Shown here: piece by piece, positions 25,789 through 36,229 of the stretch
Layout of the letters: the number at the start of each line of letters is the position of its first letter
Numbering within the stretch: position 1 is the first letter of the stretch
Assembly (NCBI GenBank): GCA_002010065.2
Contig: MTMD02000014.1
Location: forward strand, 32,001 to 96,000
Source: Candidatus Pyrohabitans jungbluthii
Lineage (GTDB): Archaea; Hydrothermarchaeota; Hydrothermarchaeia; Hydrothermarchaeales; BMS3B
Length of the DNA: 64,000 nt
Direction: 5' to 3'
Notes under the pieces: model-generated
Databases searched by the model: none
What the model was told of the DNA's origin: nothing
The model's input: only the letters and a program-made list of their open reading frames with translations
Position numbers and translations under genes: made by a program

Positions 25789-26475
25789 TCAAACATAGCC
25801 CCTGTCGCGCAGGCTGACGTAGCGCCCATCGCCTATGATTAAGTGGTCCAGCAGCTCTATGCCGAGAAGCTCACCCGCTCGCTTGAGCGCTTTTGTTATG
25901 GCGATGTCCTCGCTGCTTGGCTCAGGGTCGCCGCTCGGGTGGTTGTGGGCCACTATTACCCGGGTGGAAGCCTCTTCAAGGGCGATTCTGAACACCTCGC
26001 GAGGCTGAACCACGCTCGCCTCAAGTCCGCCCTGGGATATGTTCACAAGACGCAGCACCCTGTTTTTCGAGTTCAGGTAGATGCCTGCGAAAATCTCAAC
26101 CTTTCGCTGCGCCAGCCTAGGGTAGAGCACGCGAAATGCATCGCCGGAACTTTTAATCACCGGCTTCTCCTCTGCACGGTCCTCCGCTAACCTGCGTGCA
26201 AGTTCAAAGCACGCCGCTATCTGGCACGCTTTGGCGTCGCTTATACCGTGAATCTTCTTCAACTCGGCTACGCTTGCGCTGGCGAGGTCTTTGAGCGAGT
26301 ACTCGCTCAGAATCCTCGTAGCAAGGCTGAGGACGCTCTCCCGCTTAGTGCCCGTTCTGAGCAGGATAGCCAGAAGCTCAGCATTTGAAAGCGCCTCGCT
26401 ACCATGGCGAATAAGCCTCTCCCTTGGCCTCTCTGAAAGAGGCATGTCTTTGATTTTAACCACGTACTCGGCCAT
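25789..26475 (-). CDS. radC: RadC-family JAB-domain protein
   Basis: ERPRERL, ELLAILLRTG, HhH, HNHPSGDPEPS..D and LLDHLIIG motifs. Confidence 0.95.
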   Translation of the reverse strand: MAEYVVKIKDMPLSERPRERLIRHGSEALSNAELLAILLRTGTKRESVLSLATRILSEYSLKDLASASVAELKKIHGISDAKACQIAACFELARRLAEDRAEEKPVIKSSGDAFRVLYPRLAQRKVEIFAGIYLNSKNRVLRLVNISQGGLEASVVQPREVFRIALEEASTRVIVAHNHPSGDPEPSSEDIAITKALKRAGELLGIELLDHLIIGDGRYVSLRDRGYV

Positions 26476-26492
26476 TTCCCAAGTGCCAGAAG

Positions 26493-26930
26493 CTAGTTCT
26501 TTTGCTGCTGCTCCAGGAAGCGTTTTGCCTTCTCCCCAAGCACCCGTAGCACGTCTGTGGAAGTTACTATTCCCAGGGGCTTCTTCCGTGTGGGTGAAGC
26601 TGTAACCACAAGGCGATGAATTCCATTTTCAAGCATTACCCTCCCCGCCTCTTCTACGGTGGTTTCGGGGGTTACTGAGATGGTGTACGGCGTCATTATG
26701 TCCTCGGCGGTGTACTTGAAGTTAATCCCCGGGTTACCGTTGGCGAGCTTGAATATATCCAGCGCTGACACAACGCCCACCACATCACCGCCGCTGTCCA
26801 CCACGACGACGCCCGAGATGTTATTTGTGACCATCTTATCAAGAATCTCAGCCACAGTGGAGTCGAGCTTGACTGAGATAATATCCCGCGTCATTATCTC
26901 CCCCACTTTCTTGGTCTCCTGCATAACCAA
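26493..26930 (-). CDS. CBS-pair domain protein
   Basis: Two CBS repeats; paralog of 53317-53748. Confidence 0.9.
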   Translation of the reverse strand: MVMQETKKVGEIMTRDIISVKLDSTVAEILDKMVTNNISGVVVVDSGGDVVGVVSALDIFKLANGNPGINFKYTAEDIMTPYTISVTPETTVEEAGRVMLENGIHRLVVTASPTRKKPLGIVTSTDVLRVLGEKAKRFLEQQQKN

Positions 26931-26998
26931 CCACCTGTTTAATGCCTAAATTACTCTGTAATATAAAAAGGTTATTATTAAAAAGGTTATTATGCAGG

Positions 26999-27886
26999 TT
27001 ATACAGGAATCCTCTTCCGCAGCTCAGGAAGCTCTTCCAGCACCTTCTCTGGTGAGTAGCTCCTGAGCTCTTCCACCAGCCTGCGCTCATTCAGCATGTC
27101 CTCGCTGAGAGGCAGGGCGACGCCGTCGACATTTTTTGCATCGCTCATATGCAGCGAAAAGGGCGCCCTGGCGAGCTTGCCACTGGGCGTCTGCGAAGGA
27201 TCAAGGGTGAGCTGCTTTGCAAGCTTCTCGTGTCCGCCAGTGATGCGTATGCCCAGCGCAGACCTTATCTTCTCAGCCCATCTACCTGTGAAGCTTGCTA
27301 GCGGCGCCTCTTTTGAGAATCGCAGGTACCTGTTATAGAACTCCGGCGGAAGCTCCTTCTCCAGCAGGAGGTAAACGTGGAAGGAGGAGCCGGTGTACAT
27401 GGGAAAAAGCTTATACTCAGGCACAAGCGCGTTAAACTCCTCATCTTCACGTATTAGCTCCACTAGCGCCTTTGTGGCACGCTGTGCCTCCTCAGGCTTG
27501 ACCTCCTTAGCCCTGTCGATGTCGAAGAATATGCGCTCTATGGCTTTGCCCTCACCCTCGCCGTTGGTGGCATAGAAGAAGTCGCACAGCTTTCTCGGCA
27601 GGAAGTAGTTCCACACCCTAACCTGAGTCTCGGTAAGCTTCTCCCGAACCTCCCTGAGGGAGCGCAGTCTGAGTTTGAGAAACTCCTCATCAACACTCTC
27701 CACGAGCTGCTCAACATAAAGCGTGCCATGCCTTGAGCCCCGCTTTATTATCTTTGGCCCGCCCGGAATCCACACCCTGGAGGCAAGCTCCTTACCGCGC
27801 AGAAAGCCGAAAAGCGCCTTCCCCACCTCGCGGTAGTAGTAGAGCACGTCCAGCTTACCAAAAGGTGCAAGTACATCCCGAGGCAT
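26999..27886 (-). CDS. Archaeo-eukaryotic primase superfamily protein, LigD polymerase/Prim-Pol-like
   Basis: FFDID (motif I), YTGSSFHVY (motif II), LTLDPSQ...LARAPFSLH (motif III). Confidence 0.72.
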   Translation of the reverse strand: MPRDVLAPFGKLDVLYYYREVGKALFGFLRGKELASRVWIPGGPKIIKRGSRHGTLYVEQLVESVDEEFLKLRLRSLREVREKLTETQVRVWNYFLPRKLCDFFYATNGEGEGKAIERIFFDIDRAKEVKPEEAQRATKALVELIREDEEFNALVPEYKLFPMYTGSSFHVYLLLEKELPPEFYNRYLRFSKEAPLASFTGRWAEKIRSALGIRITGGHEKLAKQLTLDPSQTPSGKLARAPFSLHMSDAKNVDGVALPLSEDMLNERRLVEELRSYSPEKVLEELPELRKRIPV

Positions 27887-28055
27887 GGTTTCCCCCTTAA
27901 GAAGGGTAAGTGATGGCGTTGGGAAGGATTGTTGGAAGCATCTTATTCGTATTTTCAAGAATTTTTATGGTATCCTCTGTCGTCCATAGTTTAGTAGATG
28001 ATAATGTTATTTTAATATTACACAACAAAAACAGTGGCATAATATTTATATATCG

Positions 28056-29150
28056 ATGATCTGTATTATTTTTATGCACAAGATAAAAATGGTGTATTTA
28101 TCTGGCTTTGTCTCTCTAATTGTGCTATATTCTTTATTTTTCACAACGTATACGTGTGCTTTAAGCGTTGAAAATCCGCTTCCGATGGAATACATGGACA
28201 GAATTTCTATAATCTCAGCCGAGACTCATAGTCCTACCGACTCAGGAGACGAAGCCCATCTGGAAGATATCAGAGAGCTTCTTTCAGCTATGGAGTCTAT
28301 GCTGGTCTCTTTAATGGCAATATATCTGGTTGGCACATTCATATTTTTAATACTCAGAATGTCAGGAAAATTAGAATTTTTAAAATTTCATAGTTATGTC
28401 TACATAAGTGCATTTCTCATAGCAGTCTTTGGTTTTGGTTATTTGGCTTATCTTATATGGGGAATTTTTTATGCTCTGGCTACTGTTGTGGTGCTTTTAT
28501 TTTTAGGTTATTTAGGTTATAGGAGTGTTTTCTCTCCTGACATCTCCATTGAGAAGTCTGAAAAAGAGCCTATATCGGTGTGGAAAGATGTTATTTATGT
28601 GGGGAAGAGGAGCTATGCTGGAGGGATATTCTTTGCTATATGGATGGTTTTAAGCCTATATGTTGCTTTTACAGCTTTTGGAGAAGATAACTGGGTTTCT
28701 ATTACAGGTCTGTCTTTCTCATTTATTTCCTATTGCGGTTTTGTAAGCTCCTTTTTTAGTAATCTAAAGTTATACAGGGAGGGAATATATCAGAGAGATA
28801 TTCTCCTCAGACCTGAGTTTGTGACATGGAACTGTGTTGCTGATGTAAAAAAAGTCGAGCATTTTAAAGGTGGAGTAACCATTTCTCTGGAGATGAATAA
28901 ATTCTGTCGAAAAGTTTATGGAGTGAAGGGTATCAGTATATCCCCTTGGGAAGTCGATGATATGGGAAGGGTGTACAACATTATAAAAGAAATTCTCAGA
29001 TACAGGAAGTCGGCCTCGAGTTTTGAAGAATGGGCGGAGGAGGAGAAGAGATTACTTCAGGATGCATTAAGCAAAAGACATATTAGTCAGGAACAATATA
29101 ATAAAAGGATGGAAAAGCTTATGGAATGGGTATCCATGATATGTGGTTGA
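28056..29150 (+). CDS. Multi-pass membrane hypothetical protein (AT-rich)
   Basis: Five to six hydrophobic segments and a soluble C-terminus; start uncertain. Confidence 0.7.
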   Translation: MICIIFMHKIKMVYLSGFVSLIVLYSLFFTTYTCALSVENPLPMEYMDRISIISAETHSPTDSGDEAHLEDIRELLSAMESMLVSLMAIYLVGTFIFLILRMSGKLEFLKFHSYVYISAFLIAVFGFGYLAYLIWGIFYALATVVVLLFLGYLGYRSVFSPDISIEKSEKEPISVWKDVIYVGKRSYAGGIFFAIWMVLSLYVAFTAFGEDNWVSITGLSFSFISYCGFVSSFFSNLKLYREGIYQRDILLRPEFVTWNCVADVKKVEHFKGGVTISLEMNKFCRKVYGVKGISISPWEVDDMGRVYNIIKEILRYRKSASSFEEWAEEEKRLLQDALSKRHISQEQYNKRMEKLMEWVSMICG

Positions 29151-29212
29151 AATTCAAGGCTTAATTCAGATCAAGTTTTATTTTATTGATACTCAAGCGA
29201 TTAGAAGTAAGA

Positions 29213-29503
29213 CTATTGCATCTCTTTCCCGGTTTTCCAAAGTTTGTAATTCCCTTGGAGATATTGTTTGAGTTCTACGAAGAATAAAATTGTGCAAATT
29301 ATTCCAATAATGATAATAATACCATGAGGTGCTTGCGGCCATCCATAACCCGGGGTAAAAAATACATGTTTCATCAGCCCAAAGATTGTTTCTTTGGGCG
29401 CTGTTTTAATAATATAGTAGGACCAAAGATCGAATACTAGTGCTGCAATAAACATTTGTAATACCTGATTTCTCTTCTTCCTCTTTGCCTCTTTAATGTC
29501 CAT
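29213..29503 (-). CDS. Small membrane hypothetical protein (AT-rich)
   Basis: 96 aa with two hydrophobic segments. Confidence 0.6.
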   Translation of the reverse strand: MDIKEAKRKKRNQVLQMFIAALVFDLWSYYIIKTAPKETIFGLMKHVFFTPGYGWPQAPHGIIIIIGIICTILFFVELKQYLQGNYKLWKTGKEMQ

Positions 29504-29655
29504 GTTGTATTTTATTTAATTGACAAATTATAAAACTTGCTTCATTGATGGTTTCTTTATCTGCTCGAAAGGATTGAGCCATCTTAATTTTAAGCTTAGT
29601 TAAATTTTAGCAGGTTTAAATTTAAGCATGTGATTAATCTACAAAGAAAGAGGTA

Positions 29656-29730
29656 TGGGCCCGCTGGGCTTCGAACCCAGGACCTTTCGCTTATCAGGCG
29701 AACGCGCTAACCAGGCTGCGCCACGGGCCC
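29656..29730 (-). tRNA. tRNA-Ile(GAT)
   Basis: Minus strand GGGCCCGTGGCGCAGCCTGGTTAGCGCGTTCGC-CTGATAA-GCGAAAGGTCCTGGGTTCGAAGCCCAGCGGGCCCA folds as a cloverleaf; anticodon GAT; no intron; no encoded CCA. Confidence 0.96.
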
Positions 29731-29854
29731 TCGTGATTCGCCTGTGAGTTCACCTCTTAAAATTTTAATGAAAGTGTACCCAAGGTTTATATTCCTCATT
29801 CACCAATATTACCTTCGTTAAGCTTTCCCCTCTTTTCAGGAAGGTGAATACAAG

Positions 29855-31750
29855 TTGGACCTGATGCAGTTCCGCACCACCGAGGAGATTGAGGTTCCCA
29901 AGAACCTCATCGACCAGGTGATTGGTCAGGAGAGGGCGGTTGAGATTATAAAGAAGGCTGCCCTCCAGAAGAGGCATGTTTTACTGATAGGCGACCCTGG
30001 CACAGGGAAGAGCATGCTGGGCCAGGCTATGGCAGAGCTTCTCCCCACGGAGGAGCTTGAAGATATTCTGGTCTACCCCAACCCTGAGGACAAGAACAAC
30101 CCTAAAATAGAGGCGGTAAAGGCAGGCGAGGGCGAGGCGATAATTCAGCGCTTCAAGGAGCAGAAGCGCCGTGTAGAGGCGCCCATAAACACCATGTTCA
30201 AGGTGCTCTTCATAAGCGTAATGTTTCTGGTGCTGTACTACATGCTGGTGCTCCAGCAGCCTTATGTGCTGTTTCTCGGGATAATCGCCTTCGTCTTCCT
30301 GCTGATGGGCAGGCAGTACATTAAGGTTAAAGACGATGTGCTCGTTCCGAAGCTGCTGGTTAACAACAAGGGCAGGACGAAGGCACCTTTTGTGGACGCC
30401 ACAGGCTCGCACGCTGGAGCGTTGCTTGGCGATGTGCGCCACGACCCCTTCCAGAGCGGCGGTTTGGAGACGCCTCCCCACGAGCTGGTTGAGGCGGGGG
30501 CAATCCACAAGGCGCACAAGGGCGTGCTCTTTATAGATGAGATTTCCACTCTCGGTATAGAGAGCCAGCAGGCTCTGCTCACCGCTATGCAGGAGAAGAG
30601 GTTCCCGATTACCGGGCAGAGTGAGCGTAGCTCAGGTGCAATGGTGCGCACAGAGCCAGTGCCCTGTGATTTTATTCTCATTGCGGCGGGCAACCTCGAC
30701 GTGGTCAACAAGATGCATCCCGCCCTGCGCTCCCGTATTAGAGGCTACGGCTATGAGATTTACATGAAGGATGTGATGGACGACACCCGAGAGAATCGCG
30801 ACAAGCTGGTGCAGTTCGTAGCGCAGGAAGTTGTGAAGGACGGCAAGATACCCCACTTCACCCGCGAAGCTGTGATTGAGATAATTGAAGAAGCCAGGAG
30901 GCGCGCTGGCAGAAGGGGTAAGCTTACGCTGAAGCTTCGCGGGCTCGGTGGCTTGGTGCGCGCTGCTGGAGATGTTGCAATAAGCGAGGGTGCGCCCTAC
31001 GTAGAGGCGAGGCACGTAAAGAAGGCAAAGAAGATCGCCCGTACCTTGGAGCAGCAGATTGCCGATAGGTACATCAGTCAGAAAAAGGATTATGAGGTTT
31101 ACAAGGTTGAGGGCGCAGAGGTGGGCAAGGTTAACGGTTTAGCTGTAATCGGCAGCGACAGCGGCGTAATTTTGCCCATTGTAGCCGAGGTGACGCCTGC
31201 ACAGAGCCGCGAGGAGGGCAAAATAATAGCCACGGGCAAGCTGCGCACAATAGCGAGGGAGGCGATTCAGAACGTTAGCGCGATTATCAAGAAGCACACG
31301 GGTAGAGACATCTCGAATTACGACGTTCATATTCAGTTTCTGCAAACATACGAGGGCGTCGAGGGGGACAGCGCCAGCATAAGCGTCGCCACGGCTGTGT
31401 TCTCCGCCCTCGAGAATATACCAGTTGATCAAAGCGTTGCCATGACGGGCTCGCTCAGCGTGCGCGGCGACGTCCTGCCGGTGGGCGGTGTAAACGCGAA
31501 GATAGAGGCTGCGCTCAACGCGGGCATAAAGAAGGTGATAATACCTCACGGAAACCTCAAAGATGTGATGCTTGACCCGGAGAAGCGCAGGAAGATAGAG
31601 ATTGTGCCTGTGAAGACGCTTTCGGAGGTGCTGGAAGAGGCGCTGTGCTGGAGCGAGGATCGCGAGGGCTTGCTCGACCGCGTGAAGAGCATGATTTCCC
31701 TGCCGAGGGTGGACAGGGCTCTGCCGAGTGTTGACAAGCAGGGAAGCTGA
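29855..31750 (+). CDS. lonB: Archaeal membrane-bound ATP-dependent protease LonB
   Basis: GDPGTGKS, TM insertion in the AAA+ domain, LFIDEI, catalytic GDSAS and GGVNAKIEAA. Confidence 0.96.
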   Translation: MDLMQFRTTEEIEVPKNLIDQVIGQERAVEIIKKAALQKRHVLLIGDPGTGKSMLGQAMAELLPTEELEDILVYPNPEDKNNPKIEAVKAGEGEAIIQRFKEQKRRVEAPINTMFKVLFISVMFLVLYYMLVLQQPYVLFLGIIAFVFLLMGRQYIKVKDDVLVPKLLVNNKGRTKAPFVDATGSHAGALLGDVRHDPFQSGGLETPPHELVEAGAIHKAHKGVLFIDEISTLGIESQQALLTAMQEKRFPITGQSERSSGAMVRTEPVPCDFILIAAGNLDVVNKMHPALRSRIRGYGYEIYMKDVMDDTRENRDKLVQFVAQEVVKDGKIPHFTREAVIEIIEEARRRAGRRGKLTLKLRGLGGLVRAAGDVAISEGAPYVEARHVKKAKKIARTLEQQIADRYISQKKDYEVYKVEGAEVGKVNGLAVIGSDSGVILPIVAEVTPAQSREEGKIIATGKLRTIAREAIQNVSAIIKKHTGRDISNYDVHIQFLQTYEGVEGDSASISVATAVFSALENIPVDQSVAMTGSLSVRGDVLPVGGVNAKIEAALNAGIKKVIIPHGNLKDVMLDPEKRRKIEIVPVKTLSEVLEEALCWSEDREGLLDRVKSMISLPRVDRALPSVDKQGS

Positions 31751-31753
31751 GGC

Positions 31754-33106
31754 TTGCGCATGTTGCGAGAGGTTCGAGAGCTGTTAGAGCTGCCTGCGCG
31801 TTTTGTAGACGTCACCTTGCATGACGTTGAGAGCACGAGTATTTTGATGAAAGACGGCTCCGCAAAGGAGATTGCCACAGGCAGGAGTTCTGGAATTTCT
31901 GTGCGTGTGCTTGACCGCGGCTGGGGCTTCGCTTACGCGAGCAGTGTCCATGAACTAAAAGATGCGGCGGAGCGCGCCCTGCGTGGTGCCAAGCTTGCGA
32001 AGGAGAGGGTGGAGCTTGCTGAGGTGGATGTAACCCAGGATAAAGCTGAGGCTATAGCAAAGCTGCACCCATCGCGTGCCACGCTGGAGGAGAAGCTGGA
32101 CTACCTTTCTCGTGCCCATGAGGTGACAAAGAGCTACGAAAGCGTGGTGAGCACCAGCTTCGCGTACAACGATGCAAGCGTTAAGATAACCTACCTAAGC
32201 TCTGAAGGGGCAGAGGTGGAGATGCGCTACCCGCGTGTTGCCTTCTATGCGCAGGTTTTCGCCAAGGACGGGGCGAAGATTCAGTTCGCCAGTGAGCGTG
32301 TAGGCGCCACCTCTGGCTTAGAGGCTCTTGCCAACGTGGAGAGCGTAGCAAAGGACGCATGCGAAAAGGCGCTGCGTCTGCTCCACGCAAGAGCACCGCC
32401 TTCCGGCGAGTTTACTGTGGTAATAGACCCGAAGCTCACGGGCGTATTTATCCACGAAGCTTTAGGGCATGCGGTGGAGGCGGACCATGTGGTGCAGGGC
32501 GAGTCTATACTCGCGGGAAAGCTTGGCCAGAGCATAGCCTCCGAGCTGGTCACCATCTATGACGACCCTACGCTGAAGCAGGGGTTCGGCTCCTACTTCT
32601 ACGACGCTGAGGGGGTTAGAGCGCAGAAGAAGGCACTTGTGGAGAATGGCGTGCTGCGCAGCTACCTTCATAGCCGTGAGACTGCGGCGAAGCTCGGGCA
32701 TGAACCTACGGGCAATGCTCGCGCTCAGGGGTACAATTTCCCGCCCATGCCCAGGATGAGCAATACTTACCTTGCTAAAGGCGATGCCAGCTTCGAAGAG
32801 CTTATTGAGGATGTGGAGTTCGGGGTTTACCTGCTGGGCTCTCGAGGTGGTGAGGTGGACACAGCGCGTGGGGTCTTTCAGTTCTCGGCTGAGGAGGGCT
32901 TCCTGATAGAGAATGGCGAGATCACCACGCCGGTGAGGGATGTGGCTCTGTCGGGGGAGACGCTTGAGATACTCCGCCGTGTAGATGCGGTGAGCAAGCA
33001 TTGGGGGGTGCACATCGGCTACTGCGGCAAGAATGGCCAGCTCGTCGCCGTGGGAGACGGCGGTCCGGCGATTCGAACAGTGGCAACGGTGGGGGGTACG
33101 CAATGA
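31754..33106 (+). CDS. tldD: TldD-family metalloprotease
   Basis: HEALGHAVEAD, PRMSNT and GYCGKNGQ motifs. Confidence 0.93.
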   Translation: MRMLREVRELLELPARFVDVTLHDVESTSILMKDGSAKEIATGRSSGISVRVLDRGWGFAYASSVHELKDAAERALRGAKLAKERVELAEVDVTQDKAEAIAKLHPSRATLEEKLDYLSRAHEVTKSYESVVSTSFAYNDASVKITYLSSEGAEVEMRYPRVAFYAQVFAKDGAKIQFASERVGATSGLEALANVESVAKDACEKALRLLHARAPPSGEFTVVIDPKLTGVFIHEALGHAVEADHVVQGESILAGKLGQSIASELVTIYDDPTLKQGFGSYFYDAEGVRAQKKALVENGVLRSYLHSRETAAKLGHEPTGNARAQGYNFPPMPRMSNTYLAKGDASFEELIEDVEFGVYLLGSRGGEVDTARGVFQFSAEEGFLIENGEITTPVRDVALSGETLEILRRVDAVSKHWGVHIGYCGKNGQLVAVGDGGPAIRTVATVGGTQ

Positions 33107-34371
33107 CACCAGAGCAAGCGCTTCGCTGGCTGGAGAGGCAGGGCTGCGAGGGCGAAATATACGAGTTAAAGCAGCGCAGCTATGGGATTGAAATAAAAAG
33201 GGGCGAAGTTGAGCTGGTGGAAGCGGGGGAGCAGCATGGTTTTGCGATACGCGTGCTCCTCGCGCATCGCATGGGCTTCGCCTATGGGAATGAGCTTACT
33301 CAGGAGCTTTTGGACAAAGCACTGAGCGTGGCGAGAGTTTCTCCTCAGGATGAGCACTTAGCCTTCGCTGGAGAGCAGAGCTACCCCAGCGTTAAGGGAA
33401 TTTACGACTCTCGTTTAGCTTCGCTTAGCTTTGATGAGCTTGAGGATAAGCTGGAGGCGATGCTTGCGCCCGCGCAGAGCCTTGGGGTAGAGGTGACTCA
33501 GGCGAGCGTCGCTTGGGAGGTGAGCGAGGAGCGAATGCTCAACAGTCTTGGCGTGGAGGTGAGCGAAGAGGGCACGGAGATATATGCCCATCTCAGCGCG
33601 GTCGCAAAAAGGGGCGATGACGTAGCCACGGGCATGCACTTCGACGCCTCGCGAAGTTTTGATTTAAATTTCGAAGCGGTTGGCGAGACCGCATGCCGCC
33701 TAGCTAAGGAGTCGCTGGGCGCGCAGAAGCTGGAAACAGGCGACTATGCCGTTGTTCTCCGCCCTATCGCAATGGCGGAGCTGGTGGAGAATGTGCTAAT
33801 CCCGGCGTTCAGCGCGGATAATGTGCAGCGGGGGAGAAGCCGCTTGGCGGGCATGCTCGGCGAGCAGGTCTTTGGCGAAGAGCTAAGCGTAGTGGACGAC
33901 GCAACCCTTGAGGCTGGGCTTGAGACCTCGTGCTTCGACGGCGAAGGTACCGCTTGCAGGAGCAAGGTGCTGGTGGAAAAGGGTGTGCTCAGAGGCTACC
34001 TCTACGATATATATACAGCGCGCAAGGCTGGTGTAGAGAGCACGGGCAATGCGTTTCGCAGCGGTTTCGCGACGCTTCCGCGCATCGACGCCTCGAACTT
34101 CATAATCCAGGGCAACAGCAGCTTAGACGAAGACGAAGCGCTGGTGGTTCACGGTTTGATAGGTGCGCACACCGCCAACCCTGTTACAGGCGACTTTTCC
34201 GTCGAGACGAGAAATGCCTTTTATGGTGGCTCACCCGTGAGAAAGGCAATACTTGCAGGGAATGTTTACGACCTGCTGAGTAGCGTTTCGGGCTTTGGCA
34301 GAGACGTAACCCAGATTTCGGGTGTGGTCACAGCGAGTGTGGGCTTTTCAAATGTGAGAGTTGTAGGCTAA
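33103..34371 (+). CDS. pmbA: PmbA/TldE-family protein
   Basis: FDGEG, STGNA and ANPVTGDFS motifs; ATGA overlap with the tldD stop. Confidence 0.9.
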   Translation: MTPEQALRWLERQGCEGEIYELKQRSYGIEIKRGEVELVEAGEQHGFAIRVLLAHRMGFAYGNELTQELLDKALSVARVSPQDEHLAFAGEQSYPSVKGIYDSRLASLSFDELEDKLEAMLAPAQSLGVEVTQASVAWEVSEERMLNSLGVEVSEEGTEIYAHLSAVAKRGDDVATGMHFDASRSFDLNFEAVGETACRLAKESLGAQKLETGDYAVVLRPIAMAELVENVLIPAFSADNVQRGRSRLAGMLGEQVFGEELSVVDDATLEAGLETSCFDGEGTACRSKVLVEKGVLRGYLYDIYTARKAGVESTGNAFRSGFATLPRIDASNFIIQGNSSLDEDEALVVHGLIGAHTANPVTGDFSVETRNAFYGGSPVRKAILAGNVYDLLSSVSGFGRDVTQISGVVTASVGFSNVRVVG

Positions 34372-34381
34372 GCTTTAGCTG

Positions 34382-34828
34382 GTGGTTACGGTGAAGCTGT
34401 TTATAAGGACCCAGCCCCTGCGGAAGAAAATGCACGGGAAGGAAGATGAGCGGATAAAGAAGAGCTATGAGGAGATTCTGAAGTATCTGGATATACCCAG
34501 CGATGGCATAGCTACGCACTGCTTTGGCGTTGAGGAAATCATAGAAGTCGAGAGATACCCCTTTCTCAGGGGGTACCAGCTGTGCATTAAGCACGGCAAG
34601 TCTCTTCGCAAATTTATCACCCTCTACCTGAAGCAGCGGTACAAAATTCACGATAGGCTCACGCTGTTCTTCGACGAAAACGGAAAGCACGTGGATACAG
34701 AGTACATCCACACTCTGGGCACTGTGCACCGGGTGGAGAAGAAGGAGAAGATTAAAGAGTACGAGTGTGGAATAGAGGTACTGTTCTCCCAGGTGCTGGG
34801 CGAGAAGGTGGAGCTTATAATAGAGTAG
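34382..34828 (+). CDS. Hypothetical protein
   Basis: 148-aa ORF in a tightly packed same-strand run. Confidence 0.65.
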   Translation: MVTVKLFIRTQPLRKKMHGKEDERIKKSYEEILKYLDIPSDGIATHCFGVEEIIEVERYPFLRGYQLCIKHGKSLRKFITLYLKQRYKIHDRLTLFFDENGKHVDTEYIHTLGTVHRVEKKEKIKEYECGIEVLFSQVLGEKVELIIE

Positions 34829-34830
34829 CC

Positions 34831-35190
34831 ATGAAGAGCTGCTGTCTTGCTTCAGGGGCGATACTTGGCAGGAGGGTAGCGCAGGAATTGGGGAAGCCTG
34901 CCACGCTGGAGGAGTTTCTGCAGGAGTTTGCAGAGAAGGGTAAAGCTTACCTGAGCTATACCTATGAGATGCTCAACGATGGTGAAGCGCTGCTCCGCAT
35001 TGAGAGGAGCGCCTTCTGGGAGGTTATAAAAGGCACCTCAATAGACAAGATTAAGAAGGCAGGTTGCAACTCTGAGTTCAGGTTCATCGAGGCGGCGCTC
35101 GGCAGCTTTTTTGACGCCGAGGTGGAGCGCCGGCGCTGCTACTGGAGAAGCTCTGAGCCGTGTGAGTTCGTGGTCAGGATAAGGAGGTGA
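34831..35190 (+). CDS. V4R-like small domain protein
   Basis: GC...FIEAALG and RCYWRSSEPCEFVVR resemble the V4R C-terminal Cys pattern. Confidence 0.6.
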   Translation: MKSCCLASGAILGRRVAQELGKPATLEEFLQEFAEKGKAYLSYTYEMLNDGEALLRIERSAFWEVIKGTSIDKIKKAGCNSEFRFIEAALGSFFDAEVERRRCYWRSSEPCEFVVRIRR

Positions 35191-36197
35191 GCACATTGAA
35201 GGAGCACATTGCGAGAATGCTTGGTAAGCGGAGCAGGAGCTTCTGGGAGCTTCTGAGCAGGTGGGAGTATCGCCTCAAGGATTTTGTTGATGTGGTAAAT
35301 GAGATGCACTCCTCTGGTGAACTGGTAGTGAAGAACGGCAGGCTTGCGCTCTCAAAGCAGGCGCTCGCTACTGCACCCCGCGTGCTCGGAGACAGGACAT
35401 GCAAAGCATGCAAGGGCAGGGGCGTGGAGGTTAAGGGTACCTCGCTGCTGAGGAGGTTCAGAGCGCTGCTGAAAGAGCGCCCGCTAACGACGGCGAAGTA
35501 CTTCCAGGGGAATATGGACGCTGAGAGCGTTGTCGCAAGGGTATACCTCATGGATGCGCGCGATGGCTTGGCAGGGAAGCGCATAACGCTTGTCGGAGAT
35601 GATGACTACCTCAGCCTTGCTCTAGCTTTGACCGGCTTGCCGTCCCGCGTGGTGGTGCTTGAGATAGACGAGCGCATAGGCGGGTTCATAGAGCAGTGCT
35701 CGCGGAAGTATGGGCTTGAGATAGAGTATGTGCCTTACAACGTGGAGCAGCCTCTGCCCAAAGAGCTTGTGAAGAGCAGCGATATGTTCTCCACCGAGCC
35801 CCTGGAGACGCTCTCTGGTTTCCTGACCTTCTTTGCGCGCGGTGCTGCGACTCTGCGAAAAGGTGGCGTGGGCTACGTGGGGCTGACCAACCTAGAGTGT
35901 TCCCTGGAGAAGTGGAAGCGCATTCAGGAGGAGATACTGCGCATGGGTTTTGTTATCACCGACATAAAGCGGCGCTTCTCCTGGTACCCCATGGAGTACC
36001 CGGAGGATAAGGAGTACGTGGACCAGGTGCTCAGGGCGACGCGCTTCAAGCTGGAGCCCGCGAAGCGCAGGATATGGTACTTCTCTCACCTCTTCCGCGT
36101 TGAGGCTGTGGAGGAGGTTAAGCCCATGGTTGCGCCGGGAGAGGCGACAAAAATCGAGGTCTTCGACGAGGGTGATGACTTCACATATCCCAATTAA
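35187..36197 (+). CDS. bpsA: Branched-chain polyamine synthase BpsA (DUF43)
   Basis: CKACKGRG, YFQG, VGDDDYLSLA, LEIDERI and TEPLET motifs. Confidence 0.88.
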   Translation: MSTLKEHIARMLGKRSRSFWELLSRWEYRLKDFVDVVNEMHSSGELVVKNGRLALSKQALATAPRVLGDRTCKACKGRGVEVKGTSLLRRFRALLKERPLTTAKYFQGNMDAESVVARVYLMDARDGLAGKRITLVGDDDYLSLALALTGLPSRVVVLEIDERIGGFIEQCSRKYGLEIEYVPYNVEQPLPKELVKSSDMFSTEPLETLSGFLTFFARGAATLRKGGVGYVGLTNLECSLEKWKRIQEEILRMGFVITDIKRRFSWYPMEYPEDKEYVDQVLRATRFKLEPAKRRIWYFSHLFRVEAVEEVKPMVAPGEATKIEVFDEGDDFTYPN

Positions 36198-36229
36198 GCC
36201 ATAGCCTCGTTAGGCTGGAGCAATATGGT

